Source: Octopus bimaculoides
Taxonomy: Eukaryota
Assembly: GCF_001194135.2 (NCBI RefSeq)
Contig: NC_069006.1
Coordinates: forward strand, 611,571 to 675,570
Length of the DNA: 64,000 nucleotides
Direction of reading: 5' to 3'
Shown here: piece after piece, positions 1 to 12,809 of the stretch
How positions within the stretch are numbered: position 1 is the stretch's first letter
How the letters are laid out: every line of letters starts with the position of its first letter
Made by a program: the position numbers and the translations under genes
The notes under the pieces: generated by a model
The model's database searches: none
What the model was told of the DNA's origin: nothing
Seen by the model: the letters and a program-made list of their open reading frames with translations, nothing else

Positions 1-226
1 TAAAAAAAAAAAAAGTATTACGAGAAAAAATTCTGTCTTCTTTGTTTGATCATTTTATAGAAGAACATGGAGGATAGCGACATGTCTCCGCCTCATGAAA
101 AAGTGTGAAGATTAGCGGTGTGCATTCGAAAGAGCAATTAGAGGGAGCTCTGGTCAATGTGCGGAGTGGGTTGTGACAGATAGAAGCATATCTGACTTCA
201 GAATCGAGAATGATGCAAGGAGACAG

Positions 227-535
227 ACTTATCTGGACATATCAAGCTGGACCGGCTTAGCTGGACCGGCTTAGCTGGAGAGGCCTAGACGGACAAACCT
301 GGGCGGACAAGCTTAGCTGGACAATCCTAGACAAGCCTAGCTGGACAGGCCTAGCTGGAGGGGCCTCACAGGATATGCCTTCCTTGAGAGACTTAGCAGG
401 ACAGGCTTAACCGGACAGCCCTAACTAGAGAGACTTAGCTGGAGAAGCTTAGATGGACAAGCCTAGATGACCCGCTTTGATGGACAAGCTTGATTTAGCT
501 GGAATAGTCCTAGCCAGGAAAGCAACTGGAGAGGT
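227..535. repeat. Degenerate 14-bp minisatellite (consensus ~GCTTAGCTGGACAA), about 20 units
   Basis: Successive 14-mers acttatctggacat, atcaagctggaccg, gcttagctggaccg, gcttagctggagag, gcctagacggacaa and so on, with one 10-bp unit. Confidence 0.85.
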
Positions 536-832
536 CGAGCTAAAGACGTTTAGCCGCACATCAGCTCACGCAAGATGGAATACAGCAATAGAAGAGGAAT
601 TTAAAACAAAAGCCATCAGTTTAGATGTTCATTCGTGGTTTCGGTCACTGTACGGACAGGTTATGAGCATCAAGTGCAAAGCATATAACCGGAGGAGGAC
701 TCAATACAGATATAGAGTGTTTAGAGAGAGGGTGAGGGAGAAAGGGAAAGAGAGAAAGAGTGGAAGGTAAACAATTCATATAGACTACATGTGAAGTAAA
801 GGCTATACATGTACATACATATTCTTTCATTG

Positions 833-905
833 TTTTTACTTGTTACAGTCATTAAGCTGTGGCCATGCTGGGGCACGGCACTGGAGAATTTTAGTCGAGC
901 GAATA
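833..905 (-). mobile_element. SINE family C, 3' tail fragment
   Basis: Reverse complement of the shared tail ...ccagcatggccgcag...tgactgaaacaagtaaaa seen in other copies in this window. Confidence 0.7.
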
Positions 906-1007
906 TCTATACTCCCATACACACATTTATACACACACATATGCATAAATATGTGTGTAACAAATATAACATATATCTATATATCTAATACAAACGTATA
1001 TTATTAA

Positions 1008-1082
<75 letters not shown>

Positions 1083-2611
1083 CGTTGTTGTGTATATTCC
1101 TAGAGAAACTGACAGACAGGATAAAAGCAAGCAAAAAGGAGATTGAATGAGAGGAAAGGAAAGAGCAGAACAATATGTTACAAACAGCTGTAATCAATCT
1201 CAGGAGATACATGCATACACACCCACACACATATATATATACACACACAAATACACACACACACACACACACACAAGTACACATTGAAATGGGGAAAAAA
1301 ATAGAGTAAAGAAACATATACGGCAAAGAAAATAGAAAAAAAGGCAAAATTTTAAGCGAAACAAGATGTCCGACTGCTAAAGATCAAGTGTCACGTGGTT
1401 TGTATTAGCCACGTGCCAGTTTGATCGTATCTTCATAGCGAGGCTGTTGATTAGTATGTGATGGTATGGGGAGTGTGACAGTATGAAATATATGTGATTG
1501 TAGATCGGGAGAGACGTTAGGGAGGCGTGGGGAGGCGCCGCCTTCTTCCGCCCCCACCATCACACTGCCTCTTTAGATTACTTCAACTTGCTCTGGACGG
1601 TGTAGAGATAAAAATGGCGTAGGCTGGATGGTAGTGATGGTGAAGGAGGTGGTGGTGGTGGTGGGCAGCAGATTCTTGTATGTGTATTTTATGTTGCTTG
1701 TATTGCTTGTTGTAGATTTTTTAAGGAAATGATGTACATCAAACGTGCGCGTGCGCACACACAGACACACTGGCAGTCAAGTACACATCTTAGTCTGTAG
1801 AAAACTTAGGCAAATCTGTTTTAAAGTGTTTCATGATATATTTGAAGATTTCAAAGCTATGACTAGCGTCTTCCAACAGGCAATAAAAAGAAATTGAAAA
1901 GCAAGAAGTATTTCCATACAAAACAGGTATGGCAAATACCTTATCAAACTTGGAAATATGCATAATTGCGACAAGTTGTTTTCGTGCTTCGTTCCACGGA
2001 ATTTAAATACACACACACGGTGGGGGCGGGGGACAGGGAAACAGAGATAGAAAGAAAGCGGAAATAAGGTAAAGAGAAACCAAAATACAAAATAAGAAAC
2101 AGACAATATGCAAAAACGAAACAAGCGAGACCCTTCAACTAGAATATTACTGAAATTTCGACACCTGGTGGCGAAACCGCTGTCTGTCTGACATTGGCGG
2201 TAACGCGGAAGATATAAAGGATGAAAATTACAAAATGGAACGCTAATAAGAATGACGGTATGGAACAGGATCATTACAGAAAAATGAAATATACCAAAGA
2301 TGGGTAATAGACGAAGTATTTCGACCCAAACTAAGGACGATAATAACATCTAATGGTGCAAGAAGGGAAAAGTAAAATAAGCCTTTTCAACCGGGAGGAT
2401 TATGGGTAGAAAACAAACAGAAAATGCGAAGAACATAGAAGCAAAAAGATGCATGGCGTCTTGGGCATTTTCTATAGCTTGGGGTCGACCCATATTTTGT
2501 GATTGAAATAATCCAGACTTAAACGGTGGCGGATATCAATCGGCGTGAAGCATCGTTCAGTAAACGCCATTCGGATAATAGATCCAGCTATTATTATAGA
2601 GATGGATGTAA

Positions 2612-2800
2612 AATGGTGGCGAGCTGGCATGCTTAGAGGCACTTCTTCCAGTATTACGTTCTGAGTTCAAATACTGCCGGGGTCGATTTTGTCTTTCATC
2701 GGAGCCGATAGAATAAATACCAGTTAAACACTAGGGTCCGTGTAATCGACTTACTCCTTCTCCGAAATTGCAGGTTTTAAGCCAAACTTTAAAACCATTA
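2612..2800 (+). mobile_element. SINE family A copy (internally deleted)
   Basis: ggcgagctggca...ttacgttctgagttcaaat...gtcgattttgtctttcatc...gtaatcgactta matches the in-window family A consensus. Confidence 0.75.
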
Positions 2801-2849
2801 TGCATGGCTGAAAAGGGTTGATGGAACCCGGTTAGAGAAATGATGCAGA

Positions 2850-3300
2850 GGCGTGAGGTAGATAGATACCTGTTTGCCAATATGGCAAGTCAGACATGCA
2901 GGACTCCACATTTGGATTGGTGCTGAGAGCGAAATCTAGTCAGTTGATCCAGGAGTCGGGGGCTGAGGTCAATGAAGGGATCCGGTGTGTAGCAAAGTCG
3001 TCGAGAGGAAGAACGAGAAACGGTGCACATTCTCCCTCAATGACCCACTGAAACCTACTGGTGTCTGGTATGCAGAGATTTTAATTGACAGTACTTGCAC
3101 AAAAAAGCAGTTTGCAAGTCTCTTGCAGGACGGAAACTATATAGAAGCCTGTCGGTCCGATTGCATCTGAAATTCAAAATGGTACAGCCCCGTTATGCAG
3201 ACTGTGTCAGTGTCTCGCTAGTTTCGTCTCAGAATTACGTCGGATATATGTGCCAAGAAACCTTGAAATGCTGAACCACTTACCCGCTAATTCAGATGCA
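2850..3300 (+). mobile_element. Possible highly decayed Tx1/L1-like LINE ORF2 fragment
   Basis: Broken reading ..VVERKNEKRCTFSLND.. resembles the endonuclease-RT linker of Tx1-like ORF2; weak, by-eye similarity only. Confidence 0.25.
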
Positions 3301-3309
3301 GGCAATCTA

Positions 3310-3400
3310 GTTCAAAGGTTCTCAACCCATTTTGGCCAAGGGCCCCCTTTTGACCCTTGGAGTCACAAATGCCCCCCCCCCCCGAAAATATTTTTATTTT
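3310..3400 (+). mobile_element. hAT/Charlie-like MITE 5' end fragment
   Basis: caaaggttctcaacc followed by ggccccc/gacccc/cccccc tracts resembles the CAGTGGTTCTCAAC terminus of hAT-Charlie MITEs. Confidence 0.4.
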
Positions 3401-3473
3401 TCAATATACTACTTATTTTGATATCGGCAGATAATGATGAAAAAATAAAGGACGTCGTTTTACAAATGCGCTT

Positions 3474-3535
3474 GTACGCAGTCAGGAGTACAGATGTACG
3501 CAGTCGGGAGTACAGATGTACGCAGTCGGGAGTAC
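3474..3535. repeat. 22-bp tandem repeat GTACGCAGTCGGGAGTACAGAT, about 3 copies, running into a gap
   Basis: Directly visible; the array is cut by Ns at 3536. Confidence 0.9.
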
Positions 3536-4822
3536 NNNNNNNNNNNNNNNNNNNNNNNNNNNNNNNNNNNNNNNNNNNNNNNNNNNNNNNNNNNNNNNNN
3601 NNNNNNNNNNNNNNNNNNNNNNNNNNNNNNNNNNNNNNNNNNNNNNNNNNNNNNNNNNNNNNNNNNNNNNNNNNNNNNNNNNNNNNNNNNNNNNNNNNNN
3701 NNNNNNNNNNNNNNNNNNNNNNNNNNNNNNNNNNNNNNNNNNNNNNNNNNNNNNNNNNNNNNNNNNNNNNNNNNNNNNNNNNNNNNNNNNNNNNNNNNNN
3801 NNNNNNNNNNNNNNNNNNNNNNNNNNNNNNNNNNNNNNNNNNNNNNNNNNNNNNNNNNNNNNNNNNNNNNNNNNNNNNNNNNNNNNNNNNNNNNNNNNNN
3901 NNNNNNNNNNNNNNNNNNNNNNNNNNNNNNNNNNNNNNNNNNNNNNNNNNNNNNNNNNNNNNNNNNNNNNNNNNNNNNNNNNNNNNNNNNNNNNNNNNNN
4001 NNNNNNNNNNNNNNNNNNNNNNNNNNNNNNNNNNNNNNNNNNNNNNNNNNNNNNNNNNNNNNNNNNNNNNNNNNNNNNNNNNNNNNNNNNNNNNNNNNNN
4101 NNNNNNNNNNNNNNNNNNNNNNNNNNNNNNNNNNNNNNNNNNNNNNNNNNNNNNNNNNNNNNNNNNNNNNNNNNNNNNNNNNNNNNNNNNNNNNNNNNNN
4201 NNNNNNNNNNNNNNNNNNNNNNNNNNNNNNNNNNNNNNNNNNNNNNNNNNNNNNNNNNNNNNNNNNNNNNNNNNNNNNNNNNNNNNNNNNNNNNNNNNNN
4301 NNNNNNNNNNNNNNNNNNNNNNNNNNNNNNNNNNNNNNNNNNNNNNNNNNNNNNNNNNNNNNNNNNNNNNNNNNNNNNNNNNNNNNNNNNNNNNNNNNNN
4401 NNNNNNNNNNNNNNNNNNNNNNNNNNNNNNNNNNNNNNNNNNNNNNNNNNNNNNNNNNNNNNNNNNNNNNNNNNNNNNNNNNNNNNNNNNNNNNNNNNAT
4501 ATATATATATATATATATATAGTCAATCCAAACATGAACAAGCAAGAAAAAACAACAACGCGAGGACGTGGAATAAGTCCAGAGATATTGGACGCTCAGG
4601 AAAGGAAAGAAAAGAAAGAGGATAGATAGATAGATAGATAGATAGATATGTACATATAATGGTGGTAATTGATATGTGTATTATAGTGGCAGTGGAGATG
4701 TATATAGATGTATATATATGCATATAATAATGGTGCTAGAGGATATATATAATGGAAATAGTGGCCACACACACACACACACATATATAGTGGTTGTGGC
4801 TACATGTATATGCACACCACAC

Positions 4823-4866
<44 letters not shown>

Positions 4867-5880
4867 NNNNNNNNNNAAGAGAGAGAGAGAAAGAGAGAGA
4901 GAGAAAGAGAGAGAGAGACAACAGACAGACAGAGTGTTTGCGCGTATGTATGTGCATGTATCAAAAACGTTGTGATGATCCAGTCGGCCACTGACGAAGG
5001 GAAGGTTCCGCACCACAAGCAGTATAGAGATAAATAAAACATAAAATAGTAATTATAAATCGCCATGAGCCAGTGTGTGACATGTAATACTGTTTGATAA
5101 ATGTTGATAAATTTAAAATGTCTGATGTTACCATCTATCATAGGTGATTTTTCTTAATAGCCCGCCTTTACACACACACACATGAATGCATACATAGTTG
5201 AAATCTTACATACATACAAATATATGCAATATACTCATACGGTACACATACACATTTACCTATACATACACAAACACATACATATATATAGAGATACAGA
5301 CAAAAATATTTATACGCACACACATAAATATGTGTTCATGTGAGTGTATATGTATGTATTTTTTTTATTATATATGACATGTATATCATATATATTTGTA
5401 TCTATCAACTATGTATAAATCTTTCTAACTAATATTTCTGGCTCTTCCTGTCTTTATACATACACACACATACACATGTGGATATAAATATGAGCATATA
5501 TATGATTGTGTGTGTACTTGCATATGTATACATATAAATACATACATAACCATGTATGCACATCCTATATACATGTGTGTGTGTGTATGTGTGTGTGTGC
5601 ATGTATATGTAAGGCGAAGTGTATGCATGTCGTGGTGATGGAGTTAAGTGGTGCACTCCAAATGAAATTGACTAAAATCTAATGAAATAGACGATAAATG
5701 CATAAATGCAGCAATAGAGGGTTACGGACTAAATGCAAAACAGTACGTGTGTGTATATATGAGTGTATGTGTGTCTATGTGAGTGTGTGTGTGTCTATGT
5801 GAGTGTGTGTGTGTGTATCAATGATTCGTGTGAGTGTGTCTGTGTATCTGACTGTCTATCTTGTACACTTGTTCGCTCGC

Positions 5881-5924
<44 letters not shown>

Positions 5925-5937
5925 TCGNNNNNNNNNN

Positions 5938-5989
<52 letters not shown>

Positions 5990-6010
5990 TCGTCAATCTA
6001 CACGTATGCT

Positions 6011-6297
6011 CGGCTGTATGATAAGAAGCTTGCTTCCCAACCATATGGCCCCAGGTTCAGTCCCACTGTGCGAAGCTTTGGGCTGGTGTCTTCTACTATA
6101 GCTTGGGGCCAACCAAAGTTTAGGAGTATATTTCGAACACGGAAACTGAAAGAAGCTCGTCAACTGTGTGTTTGTTCTTGTATATGTGTTTGTTCCCCAC
6201 CAACGCTTGACAACTTGGGTTGATTTGTTCCATTAAACGCTTCAAGGTCATACCTAGTATGGCCACAGTTCAATGACTGAAACAAGTAAAAGATAAA
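6011..6297 (+). mobile_element. SINE family C copy (tRNA-like head, internal deletion)
   Basis: aagaagcttgcttcccaacc..ggttcagtcccactg head, gaaactgaaagaagc core, atgactgaaacaagtaaaagat tail. Confidence 0.85.
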
Positions 6298-6304
6298 TTA
6301 ATTG

Positions 6305-6348
<44 letters not shown>

Positions 6349-7005
6349 TATGTGTGTATATATATGCGTATGTGTGTATATATATATACATATAATCATG
6401 TAGAGAATGAAGAAACAAACAAGAAGAAGCAGGTCGATTGCGCTAGTTAGCCATTNNNNNNNNNNNNNNNNNNNNNNNNNNNNNNNNNNNNNNNNNNNNN
6501 NNNNNNNNNNNNNNNNNNNNNNNNNNNNNNNNNNNNNNNNNNNNNNNNNNNNNNNNNNNNNNNNNNNNNNNNNNNNNNNNNNNNNNNNNNNNNNNNNNNN
6601 NNNNNNNNNNNNNNNNNNNNNNNNNNNNNNNNNNNNNNNNNNNNNNNNNNNNNNNNNNNNNNNNNNNNNNNNNNNNNNNNNNNNNNNNNNNNNNNNNNNN
6701 NNNNNNNNNNNNNNNNNNNNNNNNNNNNNNNNNNNNNNNNNNNNNNNNNNNNNNNNNNNNNNNNNNNNNNNNNNNNNNNNNNNNNNNNNNNNNNNNNNNN
6801 NNNNNNNNNNNNNNNNNNNNNNNNNNNNNNNNNNNNNNNNNNNNNNNNNNNNNNNNNNNNNNNNNNNNNNNNNNNNNNNNNNNNNNNNNNNNNNNNNNNN
6901 NNNNNNNNNNNNNNNNNNNNNNNNNNNNNNNNNNNNNNNNNNNNNNNNNNNNNNNNNNNNNNNNNNNNNNNNNNNNNNNNNNNNNNNNNNNNNNNNNNNN
7001 NNNNN

Positions 7006-7141
7006 AGCAGTTCGGCGTAAAAGACCAATATAGTAAGTACCAGAATTATAAAAAGTCGTGGGGTCGATTTGTTCGACTAAACCCGTCAAGGCGATGCACC
7101 AGAAGGGGCGTAGTCCAAGAATTGAAACAAGTACAAGACAA
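7006..7141 (+). mobile_element. SINE family C, 3' half
   Basis: gttcggc..aagaccaata..aagt..ggggtcgatttgttcgactaaa..caaggcgatgc..gaaacaagta. Confidence 0.8.
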
Positions 7142-7309
7142 ATGATCTCTCTCTCTCTCTCTCTCATTTTCCTTTTATCTTTAGTTTTTATTATCTGTTT
7201 TAGTTTCACCTACGCCCCTCCCTTTCTATAACATTTCTTGTTTGTCTGTCTGTCTCCCTCACTCTCTCTCTCTCTCTCTCCACACTTTCACTGTATTTTC
7301 CACCAGAAT

Positions 7310-8000
7310 CGGAAAAACTACCACCACCAACTTCACCATCACCTCCGCCACCGTCGTCACCACCACCTTTACAACTACAAGCACCACAACCATCGTCACC
7401 ACCGAAATAACACAACCACCACTACCACCATCTCCACCACCACTTCCATCCCGACCACCACCAACCCCACCATAGCCACCACCGCAGCCTGTGCCAAATA
7501 TATCAACACTACACCAACTCACCTATTCACTCAACTGAACAAAATTAATGATTTCACACGACTGACTGACGACACCACCGCCTCCACCACTACCATCGCC
7601 ATCACGACTTCCACTGGTACCACCACCACCACCAATTACAACAGCAACACCGTCACTAATACCATCACCATCTCCACCGCCATCACGACTCTCAATGGCG
7701 CCATCATCACCACCATCAGCAACATCATCTCCAACGCACCAGCAACATCACAACCATCATCGCCACCACCAACACGAACGACGTCCATCGCCACCACCAG
7801 CAGCAATCATACATGACATCACCAACAGCAGCAGCAGCACTACCATCACGGCCTCCACTGAACACCATCATCGCCAACACCAATTACAACAGCAGCACCA
7901 TCGGTACCAATACTGCCACCAAGAAGAACATCAATATCACCAGCACTACCAACAAAACCAAAACCAGTATCGACACCGCCACCACCGCCGCCGGTGATTG
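7310..8000. repeat. Cryptic (CAC/CAT/CAA)n trinucleotide low-complexity tract
   Basis: Degenerate accaccacc/catcatc periodicity; translates to Thr- or His-rich runs. Confidence 0.8.
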
Positions 8001-8284
8001 TGTTGGTGGTCCTTGTTATTGGTGCCGTTGTTGCATTCAGTGATGGGATGGTGTAATGGTGACGTTGTTTTGATTCTGGGGCCATTGCTACAGAAGATGG
8101 AACGTGCGAGGGATATCTAGTTCGAACCAGGTTAAAGGTNNNNNNNNNNGGTCCTTGTTATTGGTGCCGTTGTTGCATTCAGTGATGGGATGGTGTAATG
8201 GTGACGTTGTTTTGATTCTGGGGCCATTGCTACAGAAGATGGAACGTGCGAGGGATATCTAGTTCGAACCAGGTTAAAGGTGAG

Positions 8285-8680
8285 CTGCACAGACGAAGAA
8301 GCTATTGTCATCGTGTTGGACATTTAGTATAGAGAAGCGGTGGAAACTATAGTTGAAAAGTATCAAAATTATACAGGAGCACGCATCAACTGGGACAAGT
8401 CAGTGGGGTAATAAACTTGGCATTAGGAGAGACAATATCATGTTGCTCAGTGGCGAGTTCTTTTAACTGGACCGAAGGGTAAGTTAAGGTGCCTGGAGTC
8501 TGATTTAGACCAAATCTCCAAGCAAACGAGAACCCAGGAGAGTTTGCTTGCAGGGTAGTCAGTCACACTAAAAAATGGGCCGAGAGGAAGTTGTCTTTGA
8601 AAAGTCTAGCAGATGCTACTGTCTACCTACATCGCCACGTCAGTGTACTATTACCTAAGCTTCCCCCACGCACCCACGCT
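8285..8680 (+). mobile_element. Tx1/L1-like LINE reverse-transcriptase remnant
   Basis: Broken frames read ADEEAIVIV..VETIVEKYQNYTGARINWDKSVG..WTEG..RVVSHTKKWAERKLSLKS..STYIATSVYYYL, matching the post-YADD and thumb region of Tx1/L1 RTs; stops and frameshifts present. Confidence 0.7.
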
Positions 8681-8681
8681 A

Positions 8682-8916
8682 TTAAGTAGTATCGGGTTTA
8701 GTCCCACTGCGTGGGACCTCGGACAGGTGTCTTTTGCTATCGGTCTGCTTACGTCCTCGTTACTCAGTTGTTCAGCAAAGAGACTGATAGAGTCAGTACC
8801 AGTCTCTTTTTTTACAAATAAAAAGTATTGGTGTTGATCTATTCGACCAAAACCCTTCAAGATATTGCCCCAGCATGGCCGAAGGCTAGTGACTGAAACT
8901 CGTAAATGATAAAAGT
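8682..8916 (+). mobile_element. SINE family C copy (deleted)
   Basis: gggtttagtcccactgcgtgg head and attcgaccaaaacccttcaag..ccagcatggcc..tgactgaaac tail. Confidence 0.75.
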
Positions 8917-9784
8917 TAATTGGTAGAGAATTATGGTGGAAATTTCGAAAACACAAACAGACCGTACAAAGAGAACCTGCTGAAGACACGACCAGTAAGC
9001 CCCGAGTTGATGTCAGTTCAATATGGCTGACTTTAATGAAAAATAAACTCAAATCACTTCAAAAGTGACATTTTTAATATATATTTGCATTAGTGGGGGG
9101 AATTGAGGATCAGCGCGACAGTAATTATTGGTACACATACACATATGTACACATTTACATAAATACACGTGTACATATATTCGCACATACATACCGACAT
9201 ATATGCATACGTACATACATACATACATACACCGTGTGTGTATATATATTTATACACTCACACACATGCATACATGAGAAGGACATTTAATTTATTCTTA
9301 ATTTAACCTCGACCTTTCTCCCCATAAATCTTCGAACTAACCAACAGGACCGAGTCTAACACTAATTGCGATTTATTTGATAAAAAAAAAAATTAATAAA
9401 TAAAAGAAAAGGAAAGAAAATGGAGAAAAAATAAAAAAGAAACCAAAATCACAAGCAAACGATTTTGATCAGATTTAATTTTTGTTTTTGAGGTTAGATC
9501 CATAGATCGATAAACGATCAATCCCACATGACATAATCGAAGAAATGAAAAAAATAAAATCAAAATTAGCAATATTGAATGCCAGTTCGGAAGATTCACC
9601 GTTTCGAAACAGCACGGCATATCCACTATCCTCAACAACAACAACAACAATAATAATAATTTCTTTTTATTGGCCACAAGGGCCCATGAGACAGAGTACA
9701 ACATCAAACGACGAAATGCAACCCCAAAAAGGTGAGATTTACAATGATCAAAGGGGGAAAACAAAGATATAACAACGACAATAA

Positions 9785-10016
9785 TAATATTAGTTTCAAA
9801 TTTTAGCTCAAAGCAAACAATTGGAGGAGGGGGAGGGAGTAGTCGATGACATCGACCTCAGTATTTGAATAGTATTTTATTTTATCGAACCCGTAAGGAT
9901 GAAAGGCGAAGTCGACGACCTCGGCGGAATTTGAATTCGTAGCAAAAAAGAGCTGCTAGAACTGACTCTAAGCATTTTGTCCAAATGCGCTGACGATTCT
10001 GCCATCTCACCATCTT
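9785..10016 (-). mobile_element. SINE family A copy
   Basis: Reverse complement of the family A consensus (gtcgatgacatcgacctcagta..ggatgaaaggcgaagtcgac..ctcggcggaatttgaa). Confidence 0.85.
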
Positions 10017-10044
10017 AACAGCAACAACAGTGATTACAATAATA

Positions 10045-10262
10045 ATAATAATTTCAAATTTTGGCCCGAGGCCAGCAATTTCAGGGAAAGCAGTAAGTCG
10101 ATTACATCGACCTCCAGTGCTCGACTGGTACGTATTTTATCGACCCCGAAAGGATGAAAGGCAAAGACAATCTTGGCGGAATTTGAACTCGGAACGTAAA
10201 GCCAGAAGAACTGTTGCAAAGCATTTTGTCCGACGCGTGAACGATTGCACCTTCTCCCGCCT
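10045..10262 (-). mobile_element. SINE family A copy, head-to-tail with the previous copy
   Basis: gtcgattacatcgacctccagtgctcgactggtac..cgaaaggatgaaaggcaaa..gaatttgaactcggaacgtaaa. Confidence 0.9.
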
Positions 10263-10367
10263 GAACAACAACAACAATCTGTTGAGTAACAACTACCCCA
10301 AAAACATATTATCCACTCCAATCATGAAGAGGATGAAAGAGGATGAAAGAGGATGAAACCCATAAAC

Positions 10368-10700
10368 TGACCACAGTCTGTCCACCCCATGTGAAAGGCC
10401 TCTCCGAAAAGATGCAAAAGATGTGCAGCTCGTATGGCATCAGGACAGTAGTCAAGAATAATACAACCCTTCACAAATACCGCCTTCGAGTAAAACCACC
10501 AATAGAAGAGAATATGACCAAAGACTGCGAGTACTCCACCCCATACAGCTGTGGTAGGTTATATACAAAGCGACCTGAATAATAAGACCTTAGGAATGAA
10601 AACCCAGGTTCGAAATTCCCCCAGGACACCTGAAACGTTGTGTTAACAAATAAGATGAGGACAAATATCCGTCAAATGCAAATAATGTCCTCATAAGAAC
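10368..10700 (+). mobile_element. Penelope-like element remnant (region leading into the GIY-YIG endonuclease, plus 3' sequence)
   Basis: PHVKGLSEKMQKMCSSYGIRTVVKNNTTLHKYRLRVKP..KDCEYSTPYSCGRLY resembles the PLE motif LPYVKGLSEKI..VYxIPCxCGxxY. Confidence 0.7.
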
Positions 10701-10859
10701 TTCTTCAAAGACCTGCTATTTTATAGATGCAGTTGTATTCTTCTAACCATCTTTAGGGTTTACATAACATAAAAGATGCACGAGCAGTGCATATTCGGAC
10801 GTCTCAACTTCGCACAATGGGAGTGATTTGTTGAGAAAAATTGTTTGCCCGGATTGATA

Positions 10860-10894
<35 letters not shown>

Positions 10895-11888
10895 AAGAAA
10901 ACGTCCGTCAAAAAGTGACTTGCGATAGATACAGACAAAATGTGCTCAGACCGGACTAAGAATCAAAAATCCGATGTCAGACGAAGGGTTACGGAATCAG
11001 AGCAAATAGGAGTTGGCTATCGGTAATGTATCGGTCGAGCTTATGGAAGTATAATAGTATAAAATAAAAGAAAGAGAGGTAGTCCCAAAGGTATCAAATC
11101 ATTTCTAACATAGAAACTCAGAAGTGAATATAAAATTGAATATAAATTTAGCAGAAAAACTGGAGAATCAGGAGAGCGAAAGTTCAATGGGATTCCTCAC
11201 AGACAGATATAAATCCAGAAAGTTCATAATGTAATATCCATGAAGAGAATTGGAATAAGACCTTCGTATTTGTTCAACCTGGACAGGTAAGTTACCCGCA
11301 TTCTCTACTCTATTACTTGCGAAATTTGAATAATTTCCAGGATTTTTATCTACCTGTCCAGAATAAACCAACCAACATACACACACACACACACACGAGT
11401 GAACGAAAGTAGCATTCAATATATTCGGTAGGAGTTAACATGTATTTAATGACAGTTTGGCTGAGCCCCGCATTACTTCAAGTTTCGTGGATGCAGGGCA
11501 CGCCGATCTTGTCAGATGCTCACAACAACAACAACAGCAGCAGCAGCCGTTGCTGCAGTTATTTTTCTCGTTTACAATCATCTTTACTACTGATGTTTCC
11601 GTTACTATTAATATTAAGAGCGGTGGTATCATCATCATCATCATTATTATTATTATTATTAGTAGTAGTAGTTGTTACCGTTGTTCCCCTTCTTCCTGTC
11701 TCCTCTCTCACTTTCCTCCTCCTCCTTCTGTTGCTGTTTCTGTGTTTATTAGAGCGTAACCATTGATACTTCCACAACACACCTCAGTGAATCCTGTCTT
11801 ACACAATGGCAGTTGGAAATATGGTGGAGCAGATATAGCAACAACCACTTTATAAACACACACACACACACAAATGCACGCACAGACA

Positions 11889-11948
<60 letters not shown>

Positions 11949-12143
11949 TGCAATCTCAACAGACACATATACAACACATAACATACACACATACATACAG
12001 CAACAAATAAATTCTGAATACATACACACCCATACACCGAGATACACACAACATACACCTCTACAACATACACACACGCACACAAGCAAATGCATACACA
12101 TACAGAATCGTATCAACAAGCAGATATTGCAGCAACAGTTTCG

Positions 12144-12177
<34 letters not shown>

Positions 12178-12809
12178 CCGCACGCACATATGCGTGCAAT
12201 ATAGAAATACATCTATACAACACAAAACACACACACTCATATAGATACAGCGTACGCAACACTCAACATACACACACATGCACATAGCAAATTCAAACAT
12301 ATCCATAGACACACAAACATATTCATACATGCATAAACACATACGCAACAGATTCAACACTCAGTATATATATATACACAGAACTGCACAAAACCACACA
12401 CACGCACACGTACTTATACACACGTAAACATTCAATGTACAGACGCACTCAAACACACTTAAATACAGACATACACACTCACACATACAACACACAGACA
12501 TTGAAAATTTACATACATACACACTCAACACACATATATACAAAAACGTACATACACACACAACAGATACGTACAGTTTATAAGCGTGTGAGTGGCTCTG
12601 TGTATACCTGTGTGTTTACGTGTATTTATCAAAGTGTGTGTAATTGTACGTACGTACGCACGTATGTGCATATGTCTGTGTGAATGTAATCATGTGTGTG
12701 TGTGTGTGTGCGCGCGCAAACAAGTTATTATACCTGTGTACTAGTGTGTTTGCATGTGCGTCATGTACACGTACATATGTTTACTCTCATATGTGTATGT
12801 GCGGGTATC

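Noticed and set aside
227-535. Possible CRISPR-like or coding repeat array
   Set aside because: There are no unique spacers, the units are contiguous, the 14-bp period breaks frame, and the context is eukaryotic.
1831-2349. 172-aa hydrophobic minus-strand ORF resembling a membrane protein
   Set aside because: Its hydrophobicity derives from the A/G-rich plus strand; it starts at a non-ATG codon, and I found no recognisable motif or clean splice sites.
7238-7816. 192-aa Thr-rich mucin-like ORF and overlapping His/Gln-rich ORFs
   Set aside because: A degenerate (CAC/CAT/CAA)n tract lacks stops in several frames and on both strands; similar tracts recur at 18.9, 25.3 and 27.5 kb; no convincing splice context.
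8008-8281. 132-bp exact direct duplication (8008-8139 = 8150-8281)
   Set aside because: The copies flank a 10-N gap, the signature of an unmerged contig overlap rather than a real tandem duplication.
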